From: an uncultured bacterium
Lineage (GTDB): Bacteria; Babelota; Babeliae; Babelales; Babelaceae
Direction of reading: 5' to 3'
DNA: 64,000 nt
Assembly: GCA_963710865.1 (NCBI GenBank)
Contig: CAVQBR010000001.1
Location: forward strand, 48,430-112,429
In this document: positions 18,390-28,890 of the stretch, piece after piece
Layout: every line of letters begins with the position of its first letter
Numbering within the stretch: position 1 is the stretch's first letter
Program-made: the position numbers and the translations under genes
Notes under the pieces: model-generated
Databases searched by the model: none
Seen by the model: only the letters and a program-made list of their open reading frames with translations
What the model was told of the DNA's origin: nothing

Positions 18390-19543
18390 GAGGTACTTTT
18401 TTAACTATGTCCGGGTTTATTAGAGCAGTAAGCTCGTCAAACTTCTCCTTTGAAACAAGATCAATAATACGCTAGCTTGTCAGCATCCTTGCCACACGGC
18501 TATGTCCACCCTGTAGAGCTATTTCTTCTGGCGTTAAGCCATGGCACGAATTGTCAGCACTGGCACAAGCTTGCAATAATAATGTCACAAGTTCGATGGA
18601 GCCTAACTCCGCAGCTCTAAAAAGTGGAGTTTTTCCATTGCATATTACTTCTTTGTTAGCTTGTGCTTGCAAGAGTGTTTTTACTACCTGAACATGGCCT
18701 TGTTCGATAGCAAAATAGAGTGAAGTACGTCCACCATGCGAAGCCTCAATCCGCGCACCATTGCTTATGAGCAGTTTCACCACCTGAGCGTAACCCAAGT
18801 ATGATGCTACGATCAAAGGAACTGATCCCTGCGATGGTTTCTCAGGATCAGCGCCCTTAGACAGAAGAAGAGCAACTACATCTGCATGACCATGCTGTGC
18901 GGCGAGATATAAGGGTATAAACCCATCGCTTTCTAGATTTACGTTCCAAGCAGAACACTCTTTTCAACCAAAGAAAGATCTCCAACGCGAGCAGCATGTG
19001 CCAACTCATCAATATGACGAGATACGCGCATTCTTAACTGTTGAGTATGTTTTTGACGAAGTACGGGGACTACTTGATTATAATCTAACAATGTGGTGGA
19101 ATCATCCTGCTCGTCTAAAGGCCCTCTCTCAGGAATTGCACCAGCAGCCAACAACACTTCTGCGATATCAGAGTACTCAAGAAATAGGGCAAGGTTTAAA
19201 GGCGTTATCATACCCGGAACGTCAGGATCAGACCACAAAAAGTTTTTGTCTGCACCCGCATTTAATAAACATCTAACGATGTCAGCGGAACCCGCAAAGA
19301 ACCTTTATTAGCATCTACCCCAAAATCTATTAAAATCTGCACAGCACGACTCTTATTTTGAGCAATCATCTGCAAGAGAAGCTCCTTACCAGAACTACTT
19401 TCCAGTCGCGACAAGTAGTCAGGGCTATTAGCTATGAGAAAGCATTTTGCCTCATCTGGCATTGTTGCCATTAGAAGCTCGTACAAATAATCGGGGTGAT
19501 GCATTGTTTGCATCTGCATCCCATTTATACTATAAGTAACCAA
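18390..19543 (-). pseudogene. degraded paralog of the 636-aa ankyrin gene
   Basis: Three ORF fragments in different frames (18472..18816, 18939..19238, 19262..19543) each align to 12114..14024. There is a TAG at 18472..18474 where the intact copy reads TAT. The poly-T tract at the 5-prime end is one nt shorter than in the intact copy (6 versus 7). The segment matching the C-terminal roughly 230 aa is missing. Confidence 0.8.
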
Positions 19544-19946
19544 CAGAAGCAGAGCTCCTTTTTTATCCTATCAAGCATTGGTATCTCATTTTGTATTTGA
19601 TTTATAAGTACATACCTGGCATCTTTTGGGGGTAGCTTAAGCTGCACTCAAAAGCGTAGCAAGCATAGCACAATAGAAATATTTTCGCAATCCAGCCCCT
19701 ATCTTAGCGCCATTAATTAATCAAAAAAAATGCGGTTCGCGCAAACTCGGATTCTCTTTTTTTTAAGATCTAATTCTCATTATCCTATAAATAAAGGAGA
19801 TCGTTATAGGGTTAATCTTGATCACTCTCAACTACGGCAGTTGTTAGCTTTCTGCTCGTCGGTAAAGTAGACTGAGGGGCGACGGATAAGAAAACCATGG
19901 GTAAAGTGTTTTCGAAGGAATCATAATGCCATCACCAAACGGAAAC

Positions 19947-19971
19947 GCCCTCTGCTATGTAAGCAGAGGGC
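19947..19971 (-). terminator. hairpin downstream of the second beta-helix gene
   Basis: GCCCTCTGC-TATGTAA-GCAGAGGGC. Relative to 14393..14416 the stem changes C to T and G to A at paired positions. Confidence 0.55.
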
Positions 19972-19985
19972 GCGAATATCGAAGG

Positions 19986-22900
19986 TTAGGGCGCAGGAAG
20001 CAACTGAGTTGCTTGAATTCCCCAACCATTTACAACGGCCGCCCATTCTCCGGTACCCCAAATAATTAAATCATTACTCGGATCTGGGGCTAAAGATGAT
20101 TCATCTCCCCAGCGTTGGCCAATGTTCCCATTAGCAGAATTATTTAATGGTCCAAAATTATACGGATTACTTGTATTATTGGTAATCAAAACAGGATCTC
20201 GTGTTGTGCCTAAGGGGTCTGTAGCCTTTCGTCCTGCATAAAAGACATTCGTATAGTCATTGTTACCAGAAACCGTCCCCCCAATAACGAGATCATCATT
20301 TTTATTAGTCATAATAGCTGGAACATAATAAAACTTAGGACTATCAGTTATAGTTGGATCAAAAACCGTCCCCCATTGTACCAGAGCAGGACAGGTTGTC
20401 TCTGTTTCAATGCCACATCCGTTTCCTGTTGGATCTCCAGTGAGATCGAATTGATACCAACGCGTCCCAACACGATCACCAGCTGGATTTCCTGCTCCAG
20501 TGCTATCAACTTGGATGTTGTGGCAGACATATAACTGCTTGTTTCGCACATGAGGGGCATTTAATTTGCTAAATGTTGTTTGTAAATACATAGCATTGAC
20601 ACCACCCAGTTCAAATGTATAGAGATTGCCCTTATGGGGAGCATTTGCTGGATCAGTATAATTAGGCACATCTAACAGAATCTGTTGCCCAAGAGTCGGT
20701 TGAGCCGATCCTGGGTTAAGAATACGAAAGAAGAAGAGTTGATTATAGCTACAGCACTCTGTCGGAGTACTAGGTGGTGGACAAAAGGGAACAATGTTTG
20801 GTAAACAAGGGTATTCAAATCCTACAGCATTTATCAGATACCCAAATTCTGCATGAGGATCAAAATTATCTGCCGGAGGAGTAAATCCAGAGATATTTGC
20901 TAATATTCCCGGGATTACGGTAAAGGCTGGAGAGGTATTACCTGTTATTATAGCGCTGTTAGGAATAATAAGCGCCGATGATCCTAAGAAGTTACCAGTA
21001 GTATCAAAGGTGTCTACGCTAATATACACAGCATTGGAATCAGTTGCTAATTGTTGATAATCAAGAATCGCAGGTCCATCGGCTATAATGTTTTGTGGAA
21101 CTAATTGTTCATTGGTAAATGTAGTAATCGTCCAGACAGTTTCCGGAGTTATTACACCAGAGTCACTCCAGGCAACAATAAGTTCAGTAGGACCACCAAC
21201 TGCGAAGTCAAAGTTTTCGCAACTAAATATCCAACGGTCAAGAAAGCGACTATAATCGATACGAACATCTGCGGCATTAGTTCCAAAAAAACTTGCCGAA
21301 TCAATATTAAGCACCCCGTCAGGCTGTCCGGTAATTTTATCAAAGCTACGAATGGCACCATAGGACATCAGAATATACTGCTTGGGGCCAACCCAACCAT
21401 TTAGATTCTGATTCCCTGCCACGAACGTGGGTTGCACAGTATTACTCACTGTGGCAGCTTCAAAGTTTAACCCAATTATTTGGGCGGGCTCAGAAAGTGA
21501 TTGCTGCAGAGACTTATCCATTACAGGAACCGAAAATCTTCCAGCTTGCGCTACCCTATGAGTCCCCGGAGTTTTTTGAATATTAAGTTTGCGCACGGGC
21601 CTCTGACGTTGAAAATCTTTAACCAAACCAAGAAATTGCTCTCTCGTCACGGGCTGGTCTCTTTGTATCTCTTTTTCGCTCATAGCAGGTATGCTTGAAG
21701 ATGACCCAATGCTATTGCCCGATGCCCCTCCAAGTCCACCGGCGAGACCAATCTGTACACCATTGCCTCCGTTTGGTACCGGTTGTGTACCCGTTATATC
21801 AGTGCCGATATAATTATTAGTAACTATATTGGCCGTAGTAGTAGGAGTACCATAGATGAGAACACCACCCCTCCCATTTCCTGAGATAACATTTTGCATA
21901 CCGGTACCTCCGACAGTGTTTTGGGCATCATTGAGCTCAATACCGTAGAAACTATTTGGAAGAGCCTTCGTTCCACTCACATCGGTACCAATCAAATTTC
22001 CCTGCATGGTATTAAGAATTGAGCCAAATTGCCCAACTATTCCTATATGGATGCCAGAGCCATTACCAGAGATTAGATTCCTTAACATAGTGTTTCCGAA
22101 TGCTGCATCCCCATCTATCTGTATACCCTTATTAGCATTGCCCAAAGGCTTCGTTCCTGTAACATCGGTACCTACATAATTTCGTTGAATAGTAGTCTGA
22201 GCACTATTTCTAATACGAATGCCGACCATGGAATGGCCTGAAACTATATTCCCTTCAAAATCATTCGGCCCCCCTACAATATCATTAAAATCAGTCCGTA
22301 AGCTCAGACCGATTTGGCTCATACCAAGCGAAATAGTACCTGTTCTATCAACACCAACATAATTATTTTGAATGATCGTTCCTTCGCTGAATGTTGAATT
22401 AATGCATCCGCCATCAACGTTGTAGGTATCAACTACATCCCATCCAAAACTGCCTGCTATAAGATTACGATCTGCAAAAAGAGGAGTACCAATCTGAATA
22501 TTAATACAATGTTTGCTACTCCCGCCTGACAAACCAATTCCGGCCCGATTCGCCATCACTCGTGTACCGCTTGCATCTGTCCCGATAAAACAGCCAATAA
22601 TCTTCACGCTGCTAACATTAGCATGGGAAGGATCAAGCAAAATACCACTCGCAAGCCATTGATTAATAACTAATCCTCGAACTATTGACCCATCAACAGA
22701 GGTGTTTGCAAGAGGAGCAAAATGCAATCCATTACCGGTAACGTACCCATCGCCCGTAGTATAGTTGTTACCATTAAGCACAATAGTAAGAACTGCATTA
22801 TCACCTCGAGCCCTCGTATTAACTGCTGAACCCGGTTGGGTATATCCATCGATAGTTACCTGTTGTGTAATAGAATCTAAATCCTGCACTGGCTGTATGG

Positions 22901-23150
22901 TCCAGGTATTTGTGGCAGAATCGTATCCAGGGTCAGATGTCGCAATATTAAAACTGATCGTATCGCCCGTTCCTGCACCTGCATTTACTTGCTGAATTGC
23001 CCAGCGCAATGTCCCGACTGGTGGAGTGAGCGCATCTACTGTTGAAGTAACCTGATACGTTACTGCATGAAGTGGCAACATGGTTGCACACATGAGGCCA
23101 CAGGCAAATGCCGCTTGCACCCAAACGGTTTTATACATGTATAATTTCAT
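19986..23150 (-). CDS. large secreted parallel beta-helix plus propeller-like protein (paralog of 14431..17562)
   Basis: The likely start is the ATG at 23150 (same AAGGAG context; MKLYMYKTVWVQAAFACGLMCATMLPLHA). The N-terminal roughly 200 aa and the C-terminal roughly 450 aa are close to the paralog. The central beta-helix and linker are clearly more diverged. Confidence 0.85.
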   Translation of the reverse strand: MKLYMYKTVWVQAAFACGLMCATMLPLHAVTYQVTSTVDALTPPVGTLRWAIQQVNAGAGTGDTISFNIATSDPGYDSATNTWTIQPVQDLDSITQQVTIDGYTQPGSAVNTRARGDNAVLTIVLNGNNYTTGDGYVTGNGLHFAPLANTSVDGSIVRGLVINQWLASGILLDPSHANVSSVKIIGCFIGTDASGTRVMANRAGIGLSGGSSKHCINIQIGTPLFADRNLIAGSFGWDVVDTYNVDGGCINSTFSEGTIIQNNYVGVDRTGTISLGMSQIGLSLRTDFNDIVGGPNDFEGNIVSGHSMVGIRIRNSAQTTIQRNYVGTDVTGTKPLGNANKGIQIDGDAAFGNTMLRNLISGNGSGIHIGIVGQFGSILNTMQGNLIGTDVSGTKALPNSFYGIELNDAQNTVGGTGMQNVISGNGRGGVLIYGTPTTTANIVTNNYIGTDITGTQPVPNGGNGVQIGLAGGLGGASGNSIGSSSSIPAMSEKEIQRDQPVTREQFLGLVKDFQRQRPVRKLNIQKTPGTHRVAQAGRFSVPVMDKSLQQSLSEPAQIIGLNFEAATVSNTVQPTFVAGNQNLNGWVGPKQYILMSYGAIRSFDKITGQPDGVLNIDSASFFGTNAADVRIDYSRFLDRWIFSCENFDFAVGGPTELIVAWSDSGVITPETVWTITTFTNEQLVPQNIIADGPAILDYQQLATDSNAVYISVDTFDTTGNFLGSSALIIPNSAIITGNTSPAFTVIPGILANISGFTPPADNFDPHAEFGYLINAVGFEYPCLPNIVPFCPPPSTPTECCSYNQLFFFRILNPGSAQPTLGQQILLDVPNYTDPANAPHKGNLYTFELGGVNAMYLQTTFSKLNAPHVRNKQLYVCHNIQVDSTGAGNPAGDRVGTRWYQFDLTGDPTGNGCGIETETTCPALVQWGTVFDPTITDSPKFYYVPAIMTNKNDDLVIGGTVSGNNDYTNVFYAGRKATDPLGTTRDPVLITNNTSNPYNFGPLNNSANGNIGQRWGDESSLAPDPSNDLIIWGTGEWAAVVNGWGIQATQLLPAP

Positions 23151-23794
23151 AACTTCTCCTTTGAAAATAATAAACAATAACTTCATTACACTATCTACTT
23201 CGCTTTCAGAGTCTCGTTCAATCAATCCACCCTTCTTAAAAGCGCCATACAAAAAGCATACTCATTTCTACAATCGAAGATCAAGAGATTGTTAGTTGAG
23301 TAAGCAAAGAAAAGGAAACTGGGTTCACAAGCAACTGTTAGGGAAACCATTGCACCGAAAGCGATTTATTTGTAAAAATTCCGCATTCTATGACCAAGGC
23401 TAGCAAGATCAGTCAACGTATTGCGCACCCTGCTCACCAGCCTGAAATAGTCCGCATCAGATCCCAAGGGAAGGATCAAGATTTTCAGAATATTTTCTTT
23501 CGTTTTCTGCGAGCTCAGCATACTTAGAAGTACGACCTCGCATGTAGCTGAACAGAGAATGTGAAAAGGGTGAAGTGGAAAGAACTGCTATGCGCAAAAT
23601 TCAGAATGTGGAATCGACCGAACCACTTAAATTTCGCAGCAAATCATTGAACAAAAGCTGAGAGTAATCTAGATGTTCATCAGATCATCATAAACATTCA
23701 TAAGTGATATGATGCCACTGCAAAACAATACAAACCATCGAGAGTTGTGGCAGACAGGATCAGCCAGAAACGAAATAGCACTCTCTCTAGTTAT

Positions 23795-26092
23795 TTATCC
23801 TTCCCAGGGCTTCTTTATTCGTTTACCATTTTTCGCTTTTAGCTCAGCCTGAGAATCAGTTCGTCCCCTGCCTTCGCTCTCCTCTGTCAGCTCAAAGGAA
23901 GTCTCAAAAGAATCTTTTTTTGCCACATGAGATGCTATCAATTTGAGTATTTCTCGATTACGAGTAACTATTGATTTTGGGTCTATATCATCTGCACGCA
24001 CTCCATTGCTCAATAGCAATCTTACAATCGAAGCATGCCCAGCTTTCGCGGCAGCATAAAACGCAGATCTCAACGCCTCTTCGCTGCAAGCATCAGCTGC
24101 CAACAAGCTCTTCACTACTTCCAAATGTCCCCTCTCACATGCAGCATGAAGAGGCGATTCTCCATTACAATCTCTCTGAACAGCCTTATACTTCAAAAGC
24201 CATTCAACAACTCCAACATGATTAAAATAACATGCTGCAAATAATGGTGTTACCCCAGAAGAAGATGGCAGTTCTGGATCAGCGCCTCGAGCCAAAAGTA
24301 TCGCAACGAGGGAAAAGTGCCCCCCAAGTGAGGCAACAAATAAGGCCGTGACTCCATTTTCGTAAGCATTTACATTCCAGTCTGCAGCAACCAAATCGAG
24401 CAACTTTTCATCCCCACTACGAGCAGCCATGAACAAAACACGTATTTGTTTCTCCATGACCTCTTCTAAGCTAGAACTCTGTGCCATGAGTATTAAACGT
24501 GCAGTACGTGCATGCTGGCCAGCAAAAGCAGCGCTCAGGGCCGCAGTTGTACAGTATCCTGCTCCGGCTTTCAACAAAAGCTCTACCACCGAATTATGCC
24601 CATGCCGAGCAGCCACAATCAACGGAGTATCGGTGCAAGGTGGAATACAAGGAGTATGCACTGAAGCTTCAGCTTGCAAGAGGAATTCAACCACATCCAC
24701 CCTTCCTCGTTCTGATGCTAACACAAGCAAAGTACGTCCATCACTACAGTGTTTATTTACCATATCTGGTGTTACCAATGGCTTGAGATAATCAAAATGA
24801 GGAGCATCCACGAGCAGCAGTCCGGCAATCCTGTTGATGCGATATTGTTCGAGCAACTTCAATATTTCATAAAACCCATTTTTCCGAGCAATCGATTCTG
24901 GAGTTACGCCATTACAAGAGCTTGTAGAAGCATTCGCCTGCAATAACAAACGTACAATTTCAATATTGCCGATCTGAACAGCCTTAAACAGAGGCGTCTC
25001 TCCTTTTGATGTAGTTTCCTTTTTCACCCCAGCTGCTAATAATTGAGCAACTACTTGAGCATGCCCTGCTTTGACTGCACCAAAGAGAGGCGTTTCTTCT
25101 TTATACACTGCCTCCGCGTCTACACCGTACTTGAGGAGCAGACTGACTGTCTCAACATGTCCATTTTGGCATGCTAACAATAAGGGCGTCTCCTGATTAT
25201 AAGGTATAGCAGGATAAGCGCCTCTCTTCAAAAGCAAGTCAACAACCGGAGCATGACCTGCAAAAGCTGCTAGGCACAATGCAGCTGGTCCATTTTCTTT
25301 TATATTCCATTCTTCTGCGCACCTCTCAACCTGTTCTACTTCACCACCACTAGCAGCAGACAGCAAAGTGATTGTTTGCTTTATACGGTACTCAACAAGT
25401 CGTTCGTTGGAATAAGCTGCTAGCACCTGCACTATGTCACTATAAGGCTTTTTAATCAATACAGACGCAGCAGTACCATTTGCAAATGCAATATTTAATG
25501 GTGAGCGCCCCTTGTACTTTTTATCCGGATCAGCACGATTATTTACCAATAACTTCACAACCGCTAAATGACCAAAATAAGCAGCAATATACAATGGTGT
25601 CATTCCAGAAGTTTCCACAGGATCAGGAAAATACAACGCATTGATCTGGGCGCCCCTAGACAACAAGAGGTCAACAATTTCTACTAATCCCTTGCTTGCA
25701 GCCACGTGCAAAGGTCTCATGAAAGATGCAGTTCCTTCATTAACGTCTACTCCTAATTCGACCAGGATCCTTACAACCTTAATATCTTCTTCTTTAACCA
25801 TTTTCAAAAGCAGTGTTTCACCGTTAGAATTCCTTAAAGTACTCAAAGTACTCAGAGCAAAACTATTTGAAATCAGCTCCTTTTTTTGATCGTCAGGCAG
25901 TGACGATTTTAACAGAGCATGTACATAGTGATAAGTATACAGATGCTCATAGTCCAGCAATTGCTGTAAAACCATAGCATCGATACTCGCATACGCGAGC
26001 AACTGAAGCAGGAGGATTGTTCCTATTGCATTAAACTTTTGTAGTTTCTTGTTCAGAATAATAAACCTCACTTGATAATTCGGTGAACCCAC
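23795..26092 (-). CDS. ankyrin-repeat protein (765 aa) with probable signal peptide
   Basis: About 20 ankyrin-like units (G.TPL..A...GH..VV..LL). The N-terminus KKLQKFNAIGTILLLQLLAYASIDA is signal-like. The start codon is uncertain (non-ATG start in the track). Confidence 0.85.
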   Translation of the reverse strand: MGSPNYQVRFIILNKKLQKFNAIGTILLLQLLAYASIDAMVLQQLLDYEHLYTYHYVHALLKSSLPDDQKKELISNSFALSTLSTLRNSNGETLLLKMVKEEDIKVVRILVELGVDVNEGTASFMRPLHVAASKGLVEIVDLLLSRGAQINALYFPDPVETSGMTPLYIAAYFGHLAVVKLLVNNRADPDKKYKGRSPLNIAFANGTAASVLIKKPYSDIVQVLAAYSNERLVEYRIKQTITLLSAASGGEVEQVERCAEEWNIKENGPAALCLAAFAGHAPVVDLLLKRGAYPAIPYNQETPLLLACQNGHVETVSLLLKYGVDAEAVYKEETPLFGAVKAGHAQVVAQLLAAGVKKETTSKGETPLFKAVQIGNIEIVRLLLQANASTSSCNGVTPESIARKNGFYEILKLLEQYRINRIAGLLLVDAPHFDYLKPLVTPDMVNKHCSDGRTLLVLASERGRVDVVEFLLQAEASVHTPCIPPCTDTPLIVAARHGHNSVVELLLKAGAGYCTTAALSAAFAGQHARTARLILMAQSSSLEEVMEKQIRVLFMAARSGDEKLLDLVAADWNVNAYENGVTALFVASLGGHFSLVAILLARGADPELPSSSGVTPLFAACYFNHVGVVEWLLKYKAVQRDCNGESPLHAACERGHLEVVKSLLAADACSEEALRSAFYAAAKAGHASIVRLLLSNGVRADDIDPKSIVTRNREILKLIASHVAKKDSFETSFELTEESEGRGRTDSQAELKAKNGKRIKKPWEG

Positions 26093-26511
26093 CTAGTCAG
26101 TTTCACTGAAAATACCCGATGTTCTCGATTCTCGTTATCTCATCGAACTATTGGCCTACGAGCTTCTATATTTTCATACACCAGGAAATACTGGTCAACC
26201 TTACAAATTTTTGAGACATTACTATATATGCCACAAAAAAATGCGGTCATGAAAACACCGTTGTTGTATAGCCAATTATAGCAAGTTACATTGTTTTCAC
26301 AATCGTGTATCACTAAAACTATTCACTTAGTCGGGCTTGACAGCCGGAGCAGTCAAAGCAATTTCATATAATAGCTTACTCATGCTCATCTGGATGGATA
26401 CGACTGTAAAATTGAAAGATCCATGCTACCATTAATTGCTTAGCTCTTTAGATTTTTTTCAGTCACTGCCCCACAGAGACAATCCTTGAGAAAGGAATCT
26501 GTTTATATATG

Positions 26512-27537
26512 CTATTTTATCTGATTGAGTTCATCGATCAATTTTTTAAGATCATCGAAACGCACATCATAGAAATCAACAAATATATAATTTGGATACC
26601 TCTTGGTAATTTCCTTGAACCGTTCAACATGAGCCTTCACAATATCATATTGATTCGCTTGCTTGGCGAGATCAGCACTCCCAACGAGGGGAGTTACAAA
26701 GTGATTCAACTGGCCGAGCTTATACAAACTCCGAGAGCTACGCTCTAAAAGGTCCTTACTCCTATTGTCAGTTTCCAAATCCATTTTCAAAGCAGCAATC
26801 GATTTAAAATCATAGTGATTTCGCGTTAGTCTATTGCTACTGAGAATCCCAGCAACCCACGGCCGATTAGCAACCAGACCACTAAGCTCATCATTATCAG
26901 AAAAAACTACAAGCCGCTTGTTCCTCTTTATCATTGCTTCGAGCGTTGGCCAGATATTCTTGTCAGCACTCAAATTATATACATACTCAGAAAGACCTGA
27001 CTTCTCGAAGCTGATGAGGATTTTTTCGAGCTGTTTTTCCGTAATAAAAATATTAAGAAATAAGGTAATAATTTCTCGTGGATTATCCTCGAGAAATTTC
27101 TTAATCTGCGTAAGAAACTTTTGCAAAGATTGATTGCTCGCGTCCATAAGCCAGAGATTCTTGCCAACCTTTGATTTAAGCTGATTTCTCAGAACTTTTA
27201 CTTTAACATTTTTATCTATCAGATCAGTAAACTCGTTGAGAGGGAGTGTATGTGCTATCCAAGGCTCATCACCCTTAAGATGAAGCGGTATTTTAAAAGC
27301 ACGAATACCATCGTTTAATTGCCCCGCAACCCTGTTATGCTGATTTGCTACAGGGTTAGGCACAACTTGAAACAATCTGTCCTTCGTACTAGAAGTTGCA
27401 TTATGTGTCACCAATTGTGAAACTTCATTATACGGCTTATTACAAAGCCCTTTCCCATTGCAAAGATCAGCAAAGAGCTGAACATAAACAGACAGCACAA
27501 TCAGACAGAACCAATAGAAAAGTTGTTTTCTCAGCAT
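26512..27537 (-). CDS. secreted PLC-like phosphodiesterase (PI-PLC X-domain-like TIM barrel)
   Basis: Signal peptide MLRKQLFYWFCLIVLSVYVQLFA. PYNEVSQLVTHNATSS ... NQHNRVAGQLNDGIRAFKIPLHL ... WIAHT ... FLEDNPREIITLFLN parallels the Y..vtflgTHNS ... NQ...v..QLndGvR.l.l..H ... CH ... fL..NPnEvvtl pattern of PLC-like phosphodiesterases. Confidence 0.6.
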   Translation of the reverse strand: MLRKQLFYWFCLIVLSVYVQLFADLCNGKGLCNKPYNEVSQLVTHNATSSTKDRLFQVVPNPVANQHNRVAGQLNDGIRAFKIPLHLKGDEPWIAHTLPLNEFTDLIDKNVKVKVLRNQLKSKVGKNLWLMDASNQSLQKFLTQIKKFLEDNPREIITLFLNIFITEKQLEKILISFEKSGLSEYVYNLSADKNIWPTLEAMIKRNKRLVVFSDNDELSGLVANRPWVAGILSSNRLTRNHYDFKSIAALKMDLETDNRSKDLLERSSRSLYKLGQLNHFVTPLVGSADLAKQANQYDIVKAHVERFKEITKRYPNYIFVDFYDVRFDDLKKLIDELNQIK

Positions 27538-27753
27538 TTCTCACCCTTAAGCATTAATAGAACTAATTTCAACATACACTAGCCAGTGGACGACTTTCAA
27601 GAGTCTGATCTTTTTGAGCAATTTTTCTAGTCCTCACAACGTAGACACAAATCTTGCTATCATTAATCTTTATTTGCTAATCTGAAAATTGAGAGGGCTT
27701 AAAATCTCGCATTAAAAAATTGATACATCGACTTCAACAAAGAGGAGCTATTC

Positions 27754-28593
27754 ATGAAAAAAATACTGGTTTGTTTACTCAGCTTACTCTCCATTCACCT
27801 AATGGAAGCTGTCACCTTGCACAGAGTTATCCTTTCTACAAACTGTAATCGTATGTATAGAGATTTTTGGCCGATAGTCGCGCCGCTCTGGAAAGCAATG
27901 GGGCTCAGACCAACAGTAGTCTTAGTAAATGAGGAGAATTGCCCTCTTGATGAATCATTGGGAGACGTTATACACTTCAAGCCTCTTGCCGATGTTCCGG
28001 TAGCACAACAAGCACAAGTACTACGCCTCCTGGTACCAGCGCTCTTTCCAGATGATGTCTGCCTCATCTCAGATATCGATATGATACCGATTTCTTTAAC
28101 GTATTTTACTCAAGGAGCAGCGCTGTGTAAAAATGACAATGCCTTTATGGTATACAAAAGTGAACAGTATGCACGCGCTAAAACTCCACTTTTTAAAAAT
28201 CGATGGCCGATGTGCTACGTAGCTGCTAAGGGACGCATCTTTAGTGAAATATTTGGAGCTACTCGCATTGAAGAGTTTCCTAAAATTCTCAGACAGTGGA
28301 ACGCACTTGGACATGGATGGCATACTGATGAAAAAGTGATGTATATGCTTGTAAAGAAATGGGAAGCTGAGAAAGGCGGGGTCATTTGGCTTAAGGGAGA
28401 TGGAAGCAAGCACAGAATTAACCGTGACAATTCAAACTATATGAAAGCACTTAAAACTGGCACCTTAGCATTGGACACGCTGATTGATTTTCATGCTCCT
28501 CGACCCTATCAAAACCATGCAAAAGAAATCGATACTGTCATTGCAGCAATTTATAAGCAGTGGGCTCTCCAGGCAAACCGAAAGAAAGCATAG
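27754..28593 (+). CDS. secreted hypothetical protein with a DxD motif (possible GT-A-type glycosyltransferase)
   Basis: Signal peptide MKKILVCLLSLLSIHLMEA. QVLRLLVPALFPDDVCLISDIDMIP resembles the sugar-binding DXD region of small glycosyltransferases. The assignment is weak. Confidence 0.45.
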   Translation: MKKILVCLLSLLSIHLMEAVTLHRVILSTNCNRMYRDFWPIVAPLWKAMGLRPTVVLVNEENCPLDESLGDVIHFKPLADVPVAQQAQVLRLLVPALFPDDVCLISDIDMIPISLTYFTQGAALCKNDNAFMVYKSEQYARAKTPLFKNRWPMCYVAAKGRIFSEIFGATRIEEFPKILRQWNALGHGWHTDEKVMYMLVKKWEAEKGGVIWLKGDGSKHRINRDNSNYMKALKTGTLALDTLIDFHAPRPYQNHAKEIDTVIAAIYKQWALQANRKKA

Positions 28594-28792
28594 ACGTAGA
28601 TCTTTCAGAGTACCCTTTCATAGCCGCTACAAAGCGAGGAAAGCTGCTCGCCTAGAATCTCTCTGGGCTCAGAGAGCGAGAGCCATCTTCTTTCCAACGA
28701 CAGGAAAACCAAGAATTTACGCACTTTTGCAAGTTAAGCTCACATTTTTACCCTGATTCTAAAGTCAAAATCCCACGACTTGCACAGATTAG

Positions 28793-28817
28793 GGATAGGA
28801 CTCCCAAATCTGTCACA
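28793..28817 (+). repeat. direct repeat copy 1 upstream of the AAA_14 ATPase gene
   Basis: GGATAGGACTCCCAAATCTGTCACA, versus GGATAGGACTCCCAAAAATGTCACA at 28866..28890 (23 of 25 identical, 73-nt spacing). Confidence 0.6.
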
Positions 28818-28865
28818 GAAATTCTGGTAAATCAGGAGATTTAAGAGTAAAATGAGACAGATATT

Positions 28866-28890
28866 GGATAGGACTCCCAAAAATGTCACA
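28866..28890 (+). repeat. direct repeat copy 2, overlapping the first ATG of the ATPase ORF
   Basis: See 28793..28817. Confidence 0.6.

Larger units (their letters stand above)
18390..23570. repeat. unit 2 of the tandem segmental duplication
   Basis: See unit 1 (12805..17952). Confidence 0.8.

Noticed and set aside
15248-22995. Numerous 60-100-aa ORFs antisense to or out of frame within the beta-helix genes (for example 15248..15484, 16370..16591, 21105..21404, 22765..22995)
   Set aside because: They are embedded in long, well-supported coding regions with strong repeat-family signatures on the other strand or frame, and they have no independent support.
14431-23150. Diversity-generating retroelement (DGR) as the cause of the variable central region of the beta-helix paralogs
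   Set aside because: The only reverse transcriptase in the window is a canonical group II intron protein with a maturase domain, embedded in ribozyme domains. No template/variable repeat pair and no adenine-specific mismatch pattern were noticed.
26330-26380. TTGACA ... TATAAT-like hexamers upstream of the PLC-like gene region, as a promoter
   Set aside because: By my count the spacing between the hexamers is about 24 nt, outside the 16-18 nt range. The orientation also does not obviously serve a neighbouring gene.
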